Positions 9,129 to 18,495 of a DNA stretch of 53,626 nucleotides are shown piece after piece. The stretch is from Candidatus Omnitrophota bacterium (GTDB lineage: Bacteria; Omnitrophota; Gorgyraeia; Aquiviventales; Aquiviventaceae), in assembly GCA_016192545.1 (NCBI GenBank), contig JACPTX010000007.1, positions 1 to 53,626 of the forward strand, given 5' to 3'. The notes beneath the pieces were generated by a model. That model had not been told where the DNA came from. It did not search any database and worked only from the letters and a program-made list of their open reading frames with translations. A program made the translations under genes and the position numbers. The stretch's first letter is position 1. The number at the start of each line of letters is the position of its first letter.

Positions 9129-10282
9129 CGAATGCCTGGGGCGAGGGCCCCGGCCTTCCGGCACTGGCGGAGGGCCGCCACGACCCGCTGCACCTGTTCC
9201 TGCGTCAAGCCCAGGCCCGACGGCAGGTACAGCCCGTCCCGTCCAAGGCGCTCGGCCACCGGATACGCCCCACTCGTGTCCGGGAACCTCGGATCGCGGC
9301 TGTCCATGAACACCGGCTGCCGGTGCAGCGGATGGAAGAAGGCGCGCGTGTCCACGCCGTGGCGGCGGAGCGCCTGCATCAGCGCGTCCCGCGAGCAGCC
9401 GAAACCGGGCTGGAGGACGATCCCATACATCCAGTAGACCGACTTCGCCCATGGCGCCTCCGGCGGCAGGGTGAGATCCGGCTCGTCCTTCAGCCGCGCC
9501 GTGTACCACTGGGCGAGCCGGCGCTTGCGGGCGATTTTCTCGTCGAGCTGCTCGCACTGGGCCAGGCCGATGGCCGCCTGGAGGTTGGTCAATCGATAAT
9601 TGAACCCCAGGAAGCGGTGCACGAACCGCGGCTCCTCAAAGGCCTGGTTGCGCAAGAGCCGCACCCGCTCGGCCAGCGCCGCGTCGTCGGTGACGACCAT
9701 CCCGCCCTCGCCCGTCGTGAGAATCTTGTTGCCGTAGAAGCTGAAGCAGGCCGCATCGCCCAACGCCCCGACGCGGCGGCCCTTGTAGTCCGCGCCATGG
9801 GCCTCGGCGCCGTCCTCGATGACCTTCAGGCCGTGGCGGCGCGCGATCGCCAGGATCGGGTCCATGTCGCACGGATGGCCGTACATGTGGACGACCATGA
9901 TGGCTTTGGTCCGCGGGGTGATTTTTTCCTCAATCCTGGCCGGATCGATACCCCAGGTCGCCGGGTCGGCGTCCACCAGCACCGCCCTTGCGCCGGTCAG
10001 CGCCACCATGTTGGCGGCCACGATCAGGGTGAAATCCGGCACGATGACCTCATCACCCGCTCCGACCCCCAGCGCCGCCAGCGCCAGGTGGATCGCGGTG
10101 GTGCCGCTGGAGCAGGCCACCCCCTCGCGGACCCCGCAAGAGCGGCTGAAGGCCTTTTCGAAGGCCGGGATGTACGTGCCCGACGAGGAGATCCAGTTCG
10201 TCCGCAGGCACTCCAGGACGTAGGCCTCCTCGCGGCCGTCCAACACCGGTTCGCAGACGGGAATCATGGGCGTGGCTGCCAT
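9125..10282 (-). CDS. DegT/DnrJ/EryC1/StrS PLP sugar aminotransferase (perosamine synthase-like)
   Basis: SSGTTAIHLAL, VHMYGHP, IEDGAEAHGA and FSFYGNKILTTGEGG (PLP Lys) motifs. Start is ATG 10282, or alternatively 10267. Confidence 0.93.
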   Translation of the reverse strand: MAATPMIPVCEPVLDGREEAYVLECLRTNWISSSGTYIPAFEKAFSRSCGVREGVACSSGTTAIHLALAALGVGAGDEVIVPDFTLIVAANMVALTGARAVLVDADPATWGIDPARIEEKITPRTKAIMVVHMYGHPCDMDPILAIARRHGLKVIEDGAEAHGADYKGRRVGALGDAACFSFYGNKILTTGEGGMVVTDDAALAERVRLLRNQAFEEPRFVHRFLGFNYRLTNLQAAIGLAQCEQLDEKIARKRRLAQWYTARLKDEPDLTLPPEAPWAKSVYWMYGIVLQPGFGCSRDALMQALRRHGVDTRAFFHPLHRQPVFMDSRDPRFPDTSGAYPVAERLGRDGLYLPSGLGLTQEQVQRVVAALRQCRKAGALAPGIR

Positions 10283-10317
10283 CTGAAAATTATAGAGGGT
10301 TCTCCGACCCTTGTACA
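10283..10317 (-). promoter_or_regulatory. Sigma70-type promoter, probably producing a leaderless mRNA
   Basis: Minus strand reads TGTACA (10317-10312), 17 nt, perfect TATAAT (10294-10289), 6 nt, ATG (10282). It lies in one of only two sizeable intergenic gaps, and there is no Shine-Dalgarno sequence. Confidence 0.72.
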
Positions 10318-10333
10318 CACCGACGGTGACCCG

Positions 10334-11362
10334 CTACGGTTTCCGGAGTCCGGCCGGGCCGTCGGCCTGGAAAAACCCCTGGCCCACCCGGACCGCCAGC
10401 TCAGGCACCACCGGCTCCATCGGCGCGTTGGTGTTGTGGATGCAGTTGTGGCACAGCGTCCCCTCCAGCGCGTTCTCCAGGTGGCGCCGGCGCATCTCCT
10501 GGAAGATCTTCGCCTCCCAGGCGTCTTTCAGCGTCGTGCGGTTCAGGTCCACCAAACTCAAATAATTCTGGTAGTCGCTGCAGCACATCCGCAGGTAGCC
10601 CTCCGCCGAGATGTGGCACTGCATGAACGGCAGCGGGCAGGGCGCGGTAATCCCCGCTTCAGCCAGGCCGAGCATCTGGCCGTTCTGGTTGTTCGCCTCG
10701 TAGAAGATCACCTCATCCACGACCGATCCCAGGAGCCGCGGCAATTGCTCCCGGCTCCCCGCGTTGCTGCCGATGGCATGCTCGACCAGCACGCAGGAGA
10801 CGGCCAGGTACAGGTCCGTCCCGAGCCGGTCGCGGTAGGCGCGGCAGAACTTCACGCGCTCGATGACCTTGTCGAAGTCGTCGCGTCCGTGGATCCGCCG
10901 GTACGTCTCCCGGTCGCCGGCGTTGATCGAGAACTTCAGGCTGTCCAGGCCGTGGTCCATGCAGGCCCTGAGGCGCGCCTCGGTCGCCAGCGACGCGTTG
11001 GTGCTGATAAAGACATACCCATAGCCCAGCATCTTGGCCAGCTTGATGCCGCGCTCCAGGTCCGGCGAGGTGAACGGCTCGGCCCCGGCGTAGAAGCCCA
11101 CCTCGCGCCCACCCAGCTCGTAGGCCTCCTGCAGCAGCCGCTCCAGCAGCGCAAAGTCCAGCAGCTTGCCGGCGCGGGTCATCTTCGCGTAGGCGCAGAA
11201 GACGCAGCGGTGGTTGCAGACGTTGCTCAGCTCCACCAGGACGGTCTTCGGGAAGGCCGGCGTCACCGAGGCGGGCTTGTAGTCATAGAACGCCTCGATG
11301 CGGCGCCGGATCTTCTCTCGTTCCCGCTTGGAGACCGTCGGCACGCCCTCGAGTTGGTTCAC
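10334..11362 (-). CDS. Radical SAM protein with SPASM/twitch-type C-terminal domain
   Basis: CNHRCVFC (CxxxCxxC) and C-terminal CPLPF...CCSD...CHNC. Start reassigned to GTG 11362 (GTGA overlap). Confidence 0.9.
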   Translation of the reverse strand: MNQLEGVPTVSKREREKIRRRIEAFYDYKPASVTPAFPKTVLVELSNVCNHRCVFCAYAKMTRAGKLLDFALLERLLQEAYELGGREVGFYAGAEPFTSPDLERGIKLAKMLGYGYVFISTNASLATEARLRACMDHGLDSLKFSINAGDRETYRRIHGRDDFDKVIERVKFCRAYRDRLGTDLYLAVSCVLVEHAIGSNAGSREQLPRLLGSVVDEVIFYEANNQNGQMLGLAEAGITAPCPLPFMQCHISAEGYLRMCCSDYQNYLSLVDLNRTTLKDAWEAKIFQEMRRRHLENALEGTLCHNCIHNTNAPMEPVVPELAVRVGQGFFQADGPAGLRKP

Positions 11363-12399
11363 GGCTTCACCCCCACGAGCCACCACTCCCCCACGCCGCA
11401 GCACCCCCGCCCAACGACTTGGCAGGTCGGCAGGTACTGGTCCAGCGCAGTCTGGTCGCCAGCCGCCAGCAGCGCCTCAATGCGCTGCGATTCTTCCATC
11501 CACCGGGCGTGTCGCCACGACCTGTCGGCTTCAGGCGAGTCGCTGCGATAGACCTCGGCATCCTGCTCCCGCTGCACGGTCCATGCCGAGGCCTGGCGGA
11601 TCAGATGGGCTCGATAGGGCGACAGCAGCCAAGTGATGGGTTGATGATTCGCCTGATCTGCGAGGGGAGGCTCCAGCGGCGGCCAGCTCCGGTAGAGCGA
11701 CAGCTCCGCCTCCACCATCCAGTCAAACAGATCCGCCAACGCGATCGGCTGATGGCGGGGCGTGAGAAAATTATCGGCGACGATCTGCAGCTCTGTCCGA
11801 CTTCCAAACCGCCTCGCCCGATCCAGGTATTCCGGAAACCACTTCCGCATCAGCGCCACGGCTCGTTCGGCCTCGCCCCCTGAGAACCGTGAAATCAGCC
11901 GTCTCAGCAGCACACGCTGCTCGGCCCCCGGCAACGGCGCGACGCAGATGACCACAAGCCCCCCCGACTTCACGCTGGCCGCGAGCTTGCGAAAGGCACC
12001 ACGCTGGTCCTCCACATGATCCAGCACTCCGTCTGCGACCGCGATGTCGTACGATTGCCTCGGCTGCCACTGGCTGATTGACGTACATTCAACCGTCGCG
12101 TGAAGCCGTCTCCGCGCAAACAGTGTCTGGAGCCGTTCAAGCGCAAGACGGTTGAAGTCGACCCCAGTGACCTGCGCTCCCCACGCAGCATAGACCAGCG
12201 TATGCTCGCCGGTCCCGCACCCAAGATCCAACACCTGGGCGCCACGGAACAGTTGCAGGGGGAGATGCAGGCGATCCCGGAAGATGCGAAGGCGCCGCTC
12301 CACCAGGGCCTCCCACGCCTCCGGAGTCTCCACAGGCATCCGGGAGGGGTTGACGGTCCGATAGTGTTGCAAGACCTGCGCTTCAATCGGGCGACTCAT
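11359..12399 (-). CDS. Class I SAM-dependent methyltransferase
   Basis: VLDLGCGTGE, GVDF, YDIAVADGVLDH and KSGG motifs. Strong SD (AAGGAGGT) before ATG 12399. Confidence 0.85.
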   Translation of the reverse strand: MSRPIEAQVLQHYRTVNPSRMPVETPEAWEALVERRLRIFRDRLHLPLQLFRGAQVLDLGCGTGEHTLVYAAWGAQVTGVDFNRLALERLQTLFARRRLHATVECTSISQWQPRQSYDIAVADGVLDHVEDQRGAFRKLAASVKSGGLVVICVAPLPGAEQRVLLRRLISRFSGGEAERAVALMRKWFPEYLDRARRFGSRTELQIVADNFLTPRHQPIALADLFDWMVEAELSLYRSWPPLEPPLADQANHQPITWLLSPYRAHLIRQASAWTVQREQDAEVYRSDSPEADRSWRHARWMEESQRIEALLAAGDQTALDQYLPTCQVVGRGCCGVGEWWLVGVKP

Positions 12400-13925
12400 G
12401 GACCTCCTTTCGAGGCGGCGGGACAACCGGCCGTCTCCACGGCCGGTTGACCTTGCGGCCCACCAGTGACCTGTTCGAGCCGGTCAAGCATGAGCCTGGC
12501 GATCCTGTCCAGATTGTCCGCACTGAGGACTCGATCGGCCAATGCAGGAACGCTCCTCGGCTCAGTCCACAATGCCTGTGGAGCTTTCGTGAGCACGGCG
12601 GCGGTGAAGGCCAGCAGCGCGTCCGGCGGCACGCGGCGGTCGCGCAGCCGGCGCAGCTGGCGCGGGAGATCCTCGACGGAGTCCAGGCGCAGGACGCCTT
12701 CCGTGAATTCCTCATAGAAGGCGCGGCCCGCCAGCAGCGCCGGCTTGCCGAACGCCAGCGCCTCCCAGCCGGCTGTGCTGCCCAGCGTGATGACCGCCTC
12801 CGCGTGTGGCACAATCGCATAGCCGTCCAGCCGCTGATCCAGCAGCCGCACGCGCGGCAGGTTCAACAATTCGCGGTAGAAGCGCCACGGCCGCACCCCG
12901 CTGGCCATCATCGGATGCTCCTTCACGTACAGCCAGCGGTCAATCGGCAGCGCCAGGCTGATGGCCCGGATCAGCTCCAGCTGATCCGTCCAGCCCCGTC
13001 CCTGGGTGATGACCGACATCTCCGGCTCAAATTGCAGGGGGTAGAAGAAAAACGGCTGACCGTGCGGAAGGGTCCTCAGCGACCGGGCGCGGAGCACCGC
13101 ATCATAGAGCGGGGTCCGTCGCGCTCGCAGAGCCCGCTGCACGACCAGGTGAAACGGGTCCTCGTAATGGCGGTAGTCGGTCCAATAGGTGTTGCGGAAC
13201 AGCCGCCAGGCGCGGCTGGGGCGCGGCAGCCATTTCATCGTGGTGATCCGCTTGACCATGTCAAACTCAATCGGCTTGACCGCCTTGGCCCGGTACTGGG
13301 TCAGCAACGCCTCCGCCTCATGCCGCTCCTCGGCCGTGAGGCCGTTGCGCAGTTTCTCCAGGTAGCGCTCGCGCACGTCCAGGTGCTCATGGGCGTCCAC
13401 AGGCAGGAAGCATCGGTCGCCGAACCGCGACGGGCTGAAGATCAGGCACGGCACCCCGTTGCCGCGCGCCACGGCAATCCCCACCCACGACGGCAAGAGC
13501 GCCGCCGGGCCGGTAACGCACAGCACCGGCTTCAGGCGGCGGCAGAGCTGCTCATAGTAGGCGATGTGGCCCAACAGGAAGCGCCACTTCTCGTCTTCGG
13601 AGCGGCCCTCGAGGATGCGCTCCGCCTGCAGGTAGACGCGCAGGTGCGGGCTGCCATACTGCTGTTCCCAGGTCTGGACGGCGGCCGGCGACCACGTCTG
13701 CGCGCGGTCGTCCGGATCGCTTGCCTCATAGTGGGCGATCAACGTCACCCGCTCGCGCGGCAGCAGTGACGCGGCCAGATCCCGGTCCCTGCGGTCGTCG
13801 AAGACCATGGTGAAGTGGTACGGGCGGGCCGCCTCGGCATAGCGCGCCAACAGGTACCGCACGGCGTGCATCAACACGTAGCTGGTGGTATTGACCCTGG
13901 CATACAGCAGGACGTTGCGGCTCAT
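12396..13925 (-). CDS. KpsS/Capsule_synth-like glycosyltransferase (candidate nonulosonic-acid transferase) 2
   Basis: FFFYPLQFEPE, YVKEHP and GSTAGWEALAFGKP motifs; start ATG 13925 (ATGA overlap). Confidence 0.75.
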   Translation of the reverse strand: MSRNVLLYARVNTTSYVLMHAVRYLLARYAEAARPYHFTMVFDDRRDRDLAASLLPRERVTLIAHYEASDPDDRAQTWSPAAVQTWEQQYGSPHLRVYLQAERILEGRSEDEKWRFLLGHIAYYEQLCRRLKPVLCVTGPAALLPSWVGIAVARGNGVPCLIFSPSRFGDRCFLPVDAHEHLDVRERYLEKLRNGLTAEERHEAEALLTQYRAKAVKPIEFDMVKRITTMKWLPRPSRAWRLFRNTYWTDYRHYEDPFHLVVQRALRARRTPLYDAVLRARSLRTLPHGQPFFFYPLQFEPEMSVITQGRGWTDQLELIRAISLALPIDRWLYVKEHPMMASGVRPWRFYRELLNLPRVRLLDQRLDGYAIVPHAEAVITLGSTAGWEALAFGKPALLAGRAFYEEFTEGVLRLDSVEDLPRQLRRLRDRRVPPDALLAFTAAVLTKAPQALWTEPRSVPALADRVLSADNLDRIARLMLDRLEQVTGGPQGQPAVETAGCPAASKGGP

Positions 13926-15439
13926 CGCGCTCCGTTCCGCCCAAGCCGGAAGGCTAACTCGTTGATCACGCAATCGGCCAGCGCCCGGATGTTCTCCGCC
14001 TGCTCCACCTCCGGTCCAGACTGCTCCAGCTCGGCCAGCTGGGTGCGGGCGAGGACCGCCGCGAGGAACCGTTCCAGCAGGTCGTCATCAACGCGCGGCG
14101 AGGCGCTCATCTGCTGGAGGGCCGCGGCGACCCCATCCCGCCCCGACGGACGCCGGATGCCCTCGCGGAAGACTTCATAGAACGCGTGACCGAACATCAG
14201 CACCGGCTTGCCGCAGCACAGCGCTTCAAAGCCGGTCGTCCCCGCCAGCGTCATCACGCCCCGGCAGCGCGCGATGATGTCGTAGCTGTCCGTGTGGGTC
14301 GGCAGCAGGCGCACGCCGGGCATGCCGGCCAGCCGCCGGTAGTACCCCATCGGACGGGTGCCGATCGCCATGTTCGGGTTTTCCTTGACGTACAGCGCGT
14401 GGCCGGCCGGCAGCGACGCCGCCGCCAGCTCGATGACGCGCAGCTGGTCCCGGTACTCGGTGCTGAAGACGTCGATCGCCGACTCCGGCTCGTAGTGGAG
14501 CGGGTAGTAGAAGAACGGTTCATCGCGCAGCGCCGCCGTCGCGCATCGCCGGAGATCCCGCCGCTGCCAGGGCGTGCGCCAGCGGGTCACCAGCGATTGC
14601 TTCACCCACGCCCCGACGCCGCGCTCGAAGTACCGGTCTTCTTCAATCACCCGCTCGTTCACCAGCTGCAGGAAGCGTCTGGGTGACGGCAGGGTGCGCA
14701 GCCGCGGCCCGATCCCGTAATAGCGCGGACGGATCCGGCGGGCCCGGTAGGTGTCCCGCAGCGCCCGCGCGCCCGCCTGTTCCTCCGGCGTCAGCGCCCG
14801 GCTCTTCAGCGCCGCGTAGGCCTCCTCCAGCCCGGGGATCTGCTCCAGCTCGTTGTCCACGATGAAGAACCGCCCGCGGAACCGGCCCGGCCCCAGCAGG
14901 AGTAGGAGCGCGCCGTGCTGTTTCATCACCTGCTGGGCCATCAAAAACAGCATCGAATCCGGCGCCGCGGTGATCAGCACGTCGGGCCGCTCGCGCCGGG
15001 CCAGCTCGTCAAAGTATTCGAGGTACGTCTGGACGTACGCCAGCTTGCGCTCCTCGCTCAGGCGATCGATCATCCGGTGGACCAGGATATAGCGCCGGAG
15101 GTTGGGGACGCCGTAGCGCTCCTCCCAGCCGGCCAGCTTCTTCAGATCCAGCCGGGCCGGGTGCCGGAACGGGTCCAGCCGCTCATGCTGATAGATCAGC
15201 TCGATGCGGGGATCGCGCGGCTGCCGCAGCGCCCAGCGATACGAGGGGCGATCGCCGATCACAAACGCCACCCGCTCCGCATGGGCGTCAAGACGCCGGA
15301 CCAGCTCCTGCACCATCGGCAGGAACAGCCGCGTGCCGATGCCCGCGATGTAGACCAGATAGCGGCGCGGCCGCCTGACCGCCTCGGCGCGGGCCGCCGT
15401 TCCGGCGCGCGGCTCCAGGACGCCGGCGTCACCCGACAT
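13922..15439 (-). CDS. KpsS/Capsule_synth-like glycosyltransferase (candidate nonulosonic-acid transferase) 1
   Basis: FFYYPLHYEPE, YVKENP and GTTGFEALCCGKP motifs; clear paralogue of 12396-13925 (WEERYGVPNLRRY vs WEQQYGSPHLRVY). Start ATG 15439 is estimated. Confidence 0.72.
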   Translation of the reverse strand: MSGDAGVLEPRAGTAARAEAVRRPRRYLVYIAGIGTRLFLPMVQELVRRLDAHAERVAFVIGDRPSYRWALRQPRDPRIELIYQHERLDPFRHPARLDLKKLAGWEERYGVPNLRRYILVHRMIDRLSEERKLAYVQTYLEYFDELARRERPDVLITAAPDSMLFLMAQQVMKQHGALLLLLGPGRFRGRFFIVDNELEQIPGLEEAYAALKSRALTPEEQAGARALRDTYRARRIRPRYYGIGPRLRTLPSPRRFLQLVNERVIEEDRYFERGVGAWVKQSLVTRWRTPWQRRDLRRCATAALRDEPFFYYPLHYEPESAIDVFSTEYRDQLRVIELAAASLPAGHALYVKENPNMAIGTRPMGYYRRLAGMPGVRLLPTHTDSYDIIARCRGVMTLAGTTGFEALCCGKPVLMFGHAFYEVFREGIRRPSGRDGVAAALQQMSASPRVDDDLLERFLAAVLARTQLAELEQSGPEVEQAENIRALADCVINELAFRLGRNGAR

Positions 15440-16646
15440 GGGCGCTCTCCATCGGTGCAACCTCATGGTGCGCATGCCGCCCGTCAGCCGTCCACCGGCC
15501 GGCGACGCCGCGCACAGCCGCCAGGTGCTCATACCAGCGCTCGTAAGCCCGCGCCATCGCCTCCGCCGTGAAGCGCGTGCGCACGAGCTCTGCGGCCTGC
15601 GCGACGAGCCGCTGCCGCAACGGTTCCTCGCTCAGCACCCGTGCGACCGCCTGCGCCATCGCGCGAGCGTCGCCCGGCGGCACCAGCAGACCGGTTTCTC
15701 CGTCGGTGACGATCTCCGGGACCCCCCCGGCCGCCGTCGCCACGACCGGCACGCCGGCGGCCATCGCCTCCAGGATCACCAGGCCGAACGGCTCCCAGTG
15801 CGACGGCAGCACCACGGCATCGGCTTCGCGGAGAATCGCCGGCACGTCATCGCGGAATCCCAGAAATTCGACCGCCTGCGACAACCCCGCCGCCTGCACG
15901 GCCCGCTCGATCCGGCCCCGCGTCGGGCCGTCGCCCACCATCAGACATCGCACCGGATTGGGTGAAGTCAGGCGGCGCAGGGCCTCGACCAGGACCTCAT
16001 GGCCTTTGAACGGTGCGAAGTTCGACACGCAGACGACCGTCGGGCGGGCGGCGCGCCGGCTCGCGCCGTTCAACGCCGCCGAGAACGGCTGCAACGCAAT
16101 GCCGTTGTGGATCACCGTGGTCTTCGATGGAGCGACGCGAATGCCCAGCCCTGAGCTCACCGCTTGCTTGACGGCCTCGCTGCAGGTCGCCACCCCGTCG
16201 CAGGCCTGGTACAGCGCCCGGTAGAACCATCCCAGGCACCATCGCTGCGCGCGCTCAAGCGGCGAACCCCATGGCAAGAGATAATTCGGCCCATGGATCG
16301 TTGAGACCCACACCGGCCCGCGCGCGATCCGGCACGCCAGCATCCCGTACAGGTCCGCCAGAATCAGATGGGTGTGGATGATGTCAGGACGGTGCTCCCG
16401 GATCAGACGGGCAAGCTGCCGGACGGCACGCCATCGAACCGGCACCGGAAACGCCAGCGGCCAATACGCCATCCCCCGTTCCCCGGCGATGCGCTCCATG
16501 GCCGCGGAAGGAGGGCACACGACGGCCGGCGCAAACCGCTCCACGTCGAGGGATCGGCACAACAGCTGCACGACGCGCTCGGCCCCGCCGAGCTCCGAGG
16601 AGGAGATCACGAGCATGAGACGAAGGCGCCGGACCGCGTCGCTCAT
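15429..16646 (-). CDS. Glycosyltransferase family 4 (GT-B)
   Basis: LGGAE, IHTH, IHNG, KGH and PSHWEPFGLVILEAMAAG motifs. Confidence 0.92.
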   Translation of the reverse strand: MSDAVRRLRLMLVISSSELGGAERVVQLLCRSLDVERFAPAVVCPPSAAMERIAGERGMAYWPLAFPVPVRWRAVRQLARLIREHRPDIIHTHLILADLYGMLACRIARGPVWVSTIHGPNYLLPWGSPLERAQRWCLGWFYRALYQACDGVATCSEAVKQAVSSGLGIRVAPSKTTVIHNGIALQPFSAALNGASRRAARPTVVCVSNFAPFKGHEVLVEALRRLTSPNPVRCLMVGDGPTRGRIERAVQAAGLSQAVEFLGFRDDVPAILREADAVVLPSHWEPFGLVILEAMAAGVPVVATAAGGVPEIVTDGETGLLVPPGDARAMAQAVARVLSEEPLRQRLVAQAAELVRTRFTAEAMARAYERWYEHLAAVRGVAGRWTADGRHAHHEVAPMESAHVG

Positions 16647-17440
16647 TTGCGCACCGCGCCGAACCCCAGGACTCGGCCCTCGGCTTCGAGCGACACGTAC
16701 GGCCGGCGCTGCGCCCGGCAGAACTGGTGGAACGCCGGGCTCCAGAAGATGTCGTCGCTGGCCAGCACCCCGCCCTCCGCCAGATGCGGCCAGACGGCCG
16801 CGTACTCGTAGGACTGGTGCGCATGCGTATGGAGGCTGTCGTGCAAGAAGAAGTCAATCCGAGGCGCGCGCACGAGCGCCGTCGGGAGCACCGCGCGGCT
16901 TTCGCCGAGCATCAGGGTATGGCGTCCCCGCAGACGGTTCGGGATCAGCCATCCCGGCTGATGCCCCGGCGGCAGCGCCGTGTCCGGCATCCCGTGCGTG
17001 GAGCCCTGGATCGTCGTCACCGCCGGGAGGTCGATGGAGATCAGCTCGCCGGCGCCGTTCTCGTCCAGCGCTTTGAGCATGACCGCGCTGGAATACCCGT
17101 CAAAGACGCCGGTTTCCAGGATCAGGCGGGGCGCGGCGCATCGGATGGCGACATAGAGAAACTCATACCACGGCGCGGCGGCCGCAGGGTGTCCCCGCAC
17201 CGCCATCATGCACTGATTGATCTCCTCAAAGAAACGGGAGTGCCCGGCGTACGCGGCGCGGAACTCCGCGGCCGCCTGCGGCGCCGTCTCCGGCCACAGT
17301 GCCGGCACCGCGCGCTCCACAGCGAGCGGCGGCGGCGCAGCCAGCCGGACCGGGATCATGGACGGCCTGCGGACCGCCCGCCAGAACTTGGCCGGCGTGA
17401 GACTCCCCACTTCTCGGACGACGGTCGGCGCGGATATCAT
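16643..17440 (-). CDS. Class I SAM-dependent methyltransferase (Methyltransf_24-like)
   Basis: ILETGVFDGYSS, ISIDLP, FFLHDSLH and GGVLASDD motifs; start ATG 17440 (ATGA overlap). Confidence 0.85.
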   Translation of the reverse strand: MISAPTVVREVGSLTPAKFWRAVRRPSMIPVRLAAPPPLAVERAVPALWPETAPQAAAEFRAAYAGHSRFFEEINQCMMAVRGHPAAAAPWYEFLYVAIRCAAPRLILETGVFDGYSSAVMLKALDENGAGELISIDLPAVTTIQGSTHGMPDTALPPGHQPGWLIPNRLRGRHTLMLGESRAVLPTALVRAPRIDFFLHDSLHTHAHQSYEYAAVWPHLAEGGVLASDDIFWSPAFHQFCRAQRRPYVSLEAEGRVLGFGAVRK

Positions 17441-18495
17441 CGCGGTTCGTACAGGTCGAAATCCGAATCGGCGGCGCTCAGGAACCATTCCGACAGCGGC
17501 GGCGCCTGCGGGACCGCCCGGCGGTCGGCCACCTTGATCAACACCCGGTTCCTCGACGACACCGGCCACAGCCCCCGCCACGCCATCCAGCGCGGATCGA
17601 GTCCCCGATCTTGCGCATCACAGCGCAGCAACCGGCAGCCGAGCCGGGCCGCCGCATGCGCCGCCTGCCGCATCAGCGCGCCGGCGGCGGCATGATCCCC
17701 GGCCGCCAATTCGACCACCCGGCACGTCGGGATGCGGACCGACTTCACCTGGATGCTCCCGCTGCGCAGCACCAGGCAGCCGGCCATGCGTCCGTCCCGG
17801 CGCGCCACCCAGGTCTGATAGCGCCAATGCGGGTGGCCGGCAAACCGCCACCGCCACCAGGCGCCATCGCGCCGCGCGCAGGCGGCATACGAGCCCTCAC
17901 GCGCACCCCACCACGCCTCAAGCTCCTCCCCGGCGCCGGCAGCCGGCTCCACCCGGATGCCCCGCCCCGACCTGAACGACGCGGCGCGCACAACCGGCAC
18001 CACGCCGACGGCGCGCGGCAGCGCGCCGAGATCGTCGAACCCGTCAAACCGAAAAATCGGATAGGACGACTCGTTGGTGCCTCCGGCCAGGATCACGGCC
18101 ATCTCCGATTGGACGGCGCGGACCGCCTCGCGCAGCAGCCATACCCCCGCCCCGCTCTTCCGACAGGCCGGGGCGACCACGAAGTCCTGGCACCACCCGC
18201 CTCGCAGCCGCCGGCCGCCGATCTTCACGTCGACCGGCACGATCGCGAGCTGTCCGATGATCGCCTCCCCCCGTCGCATCACCCACACCGGCATTCGAGA
18301 CGCCGGCGCGCCGGGCGCGTCGAGATACTGCCACCTCACACGTCTTCGGACCTCGTCGCGGTCGGTGAAAAATCCGGCATGGAACTGATCGGCATAGGCC
18401 TGCTGCTGGAATGCGGCGAGCGCATCCAGCTCATCAACCGCCAGGCGCTGGACCGCCCAGGAGCCGGTCGCCGGGGCCGTCAAGGTTTCAGACAT
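17437..18495 (-). CDS. GNAT-family acyltransferase (two-domain)
   Basis: RWQY, DFVVAPACRKSGAG (GNAT motif A) and RDGAWWRWRF..HP motifs. Confidence 0.75.
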   Translation of the reverse strand: MSETLTAPATGSWAVQRLAVDELDALAAFQQQAYADQFHAGFFTDRDEVRRRVRWQYLDAPGAPASRMPVWVMRRGEAIIGQLAIVPVDVKIGGRRLRGGWCQDFVVAPACRKSGAGVWLLREAVRAVQSEMAVILAGGTNESSYPIFRFDGFDDLGALPRAVGVVPVVRAASFRSGRGIRVEPAAGAGEELEAWWGAREGSYAACARRDGAWWRWRFAGHPHWRYQTWVARRDGRMAGCLVLRSGSIQVKSVRIPTCRVVELAAGDHAAAGALMRQAAHAAARLGCRLLRCDAQDRGLDPRWMAWRGLWPVSSRNRVLIKVADRRAVPQAPPLSEWFLSAADSDFDLYEPR

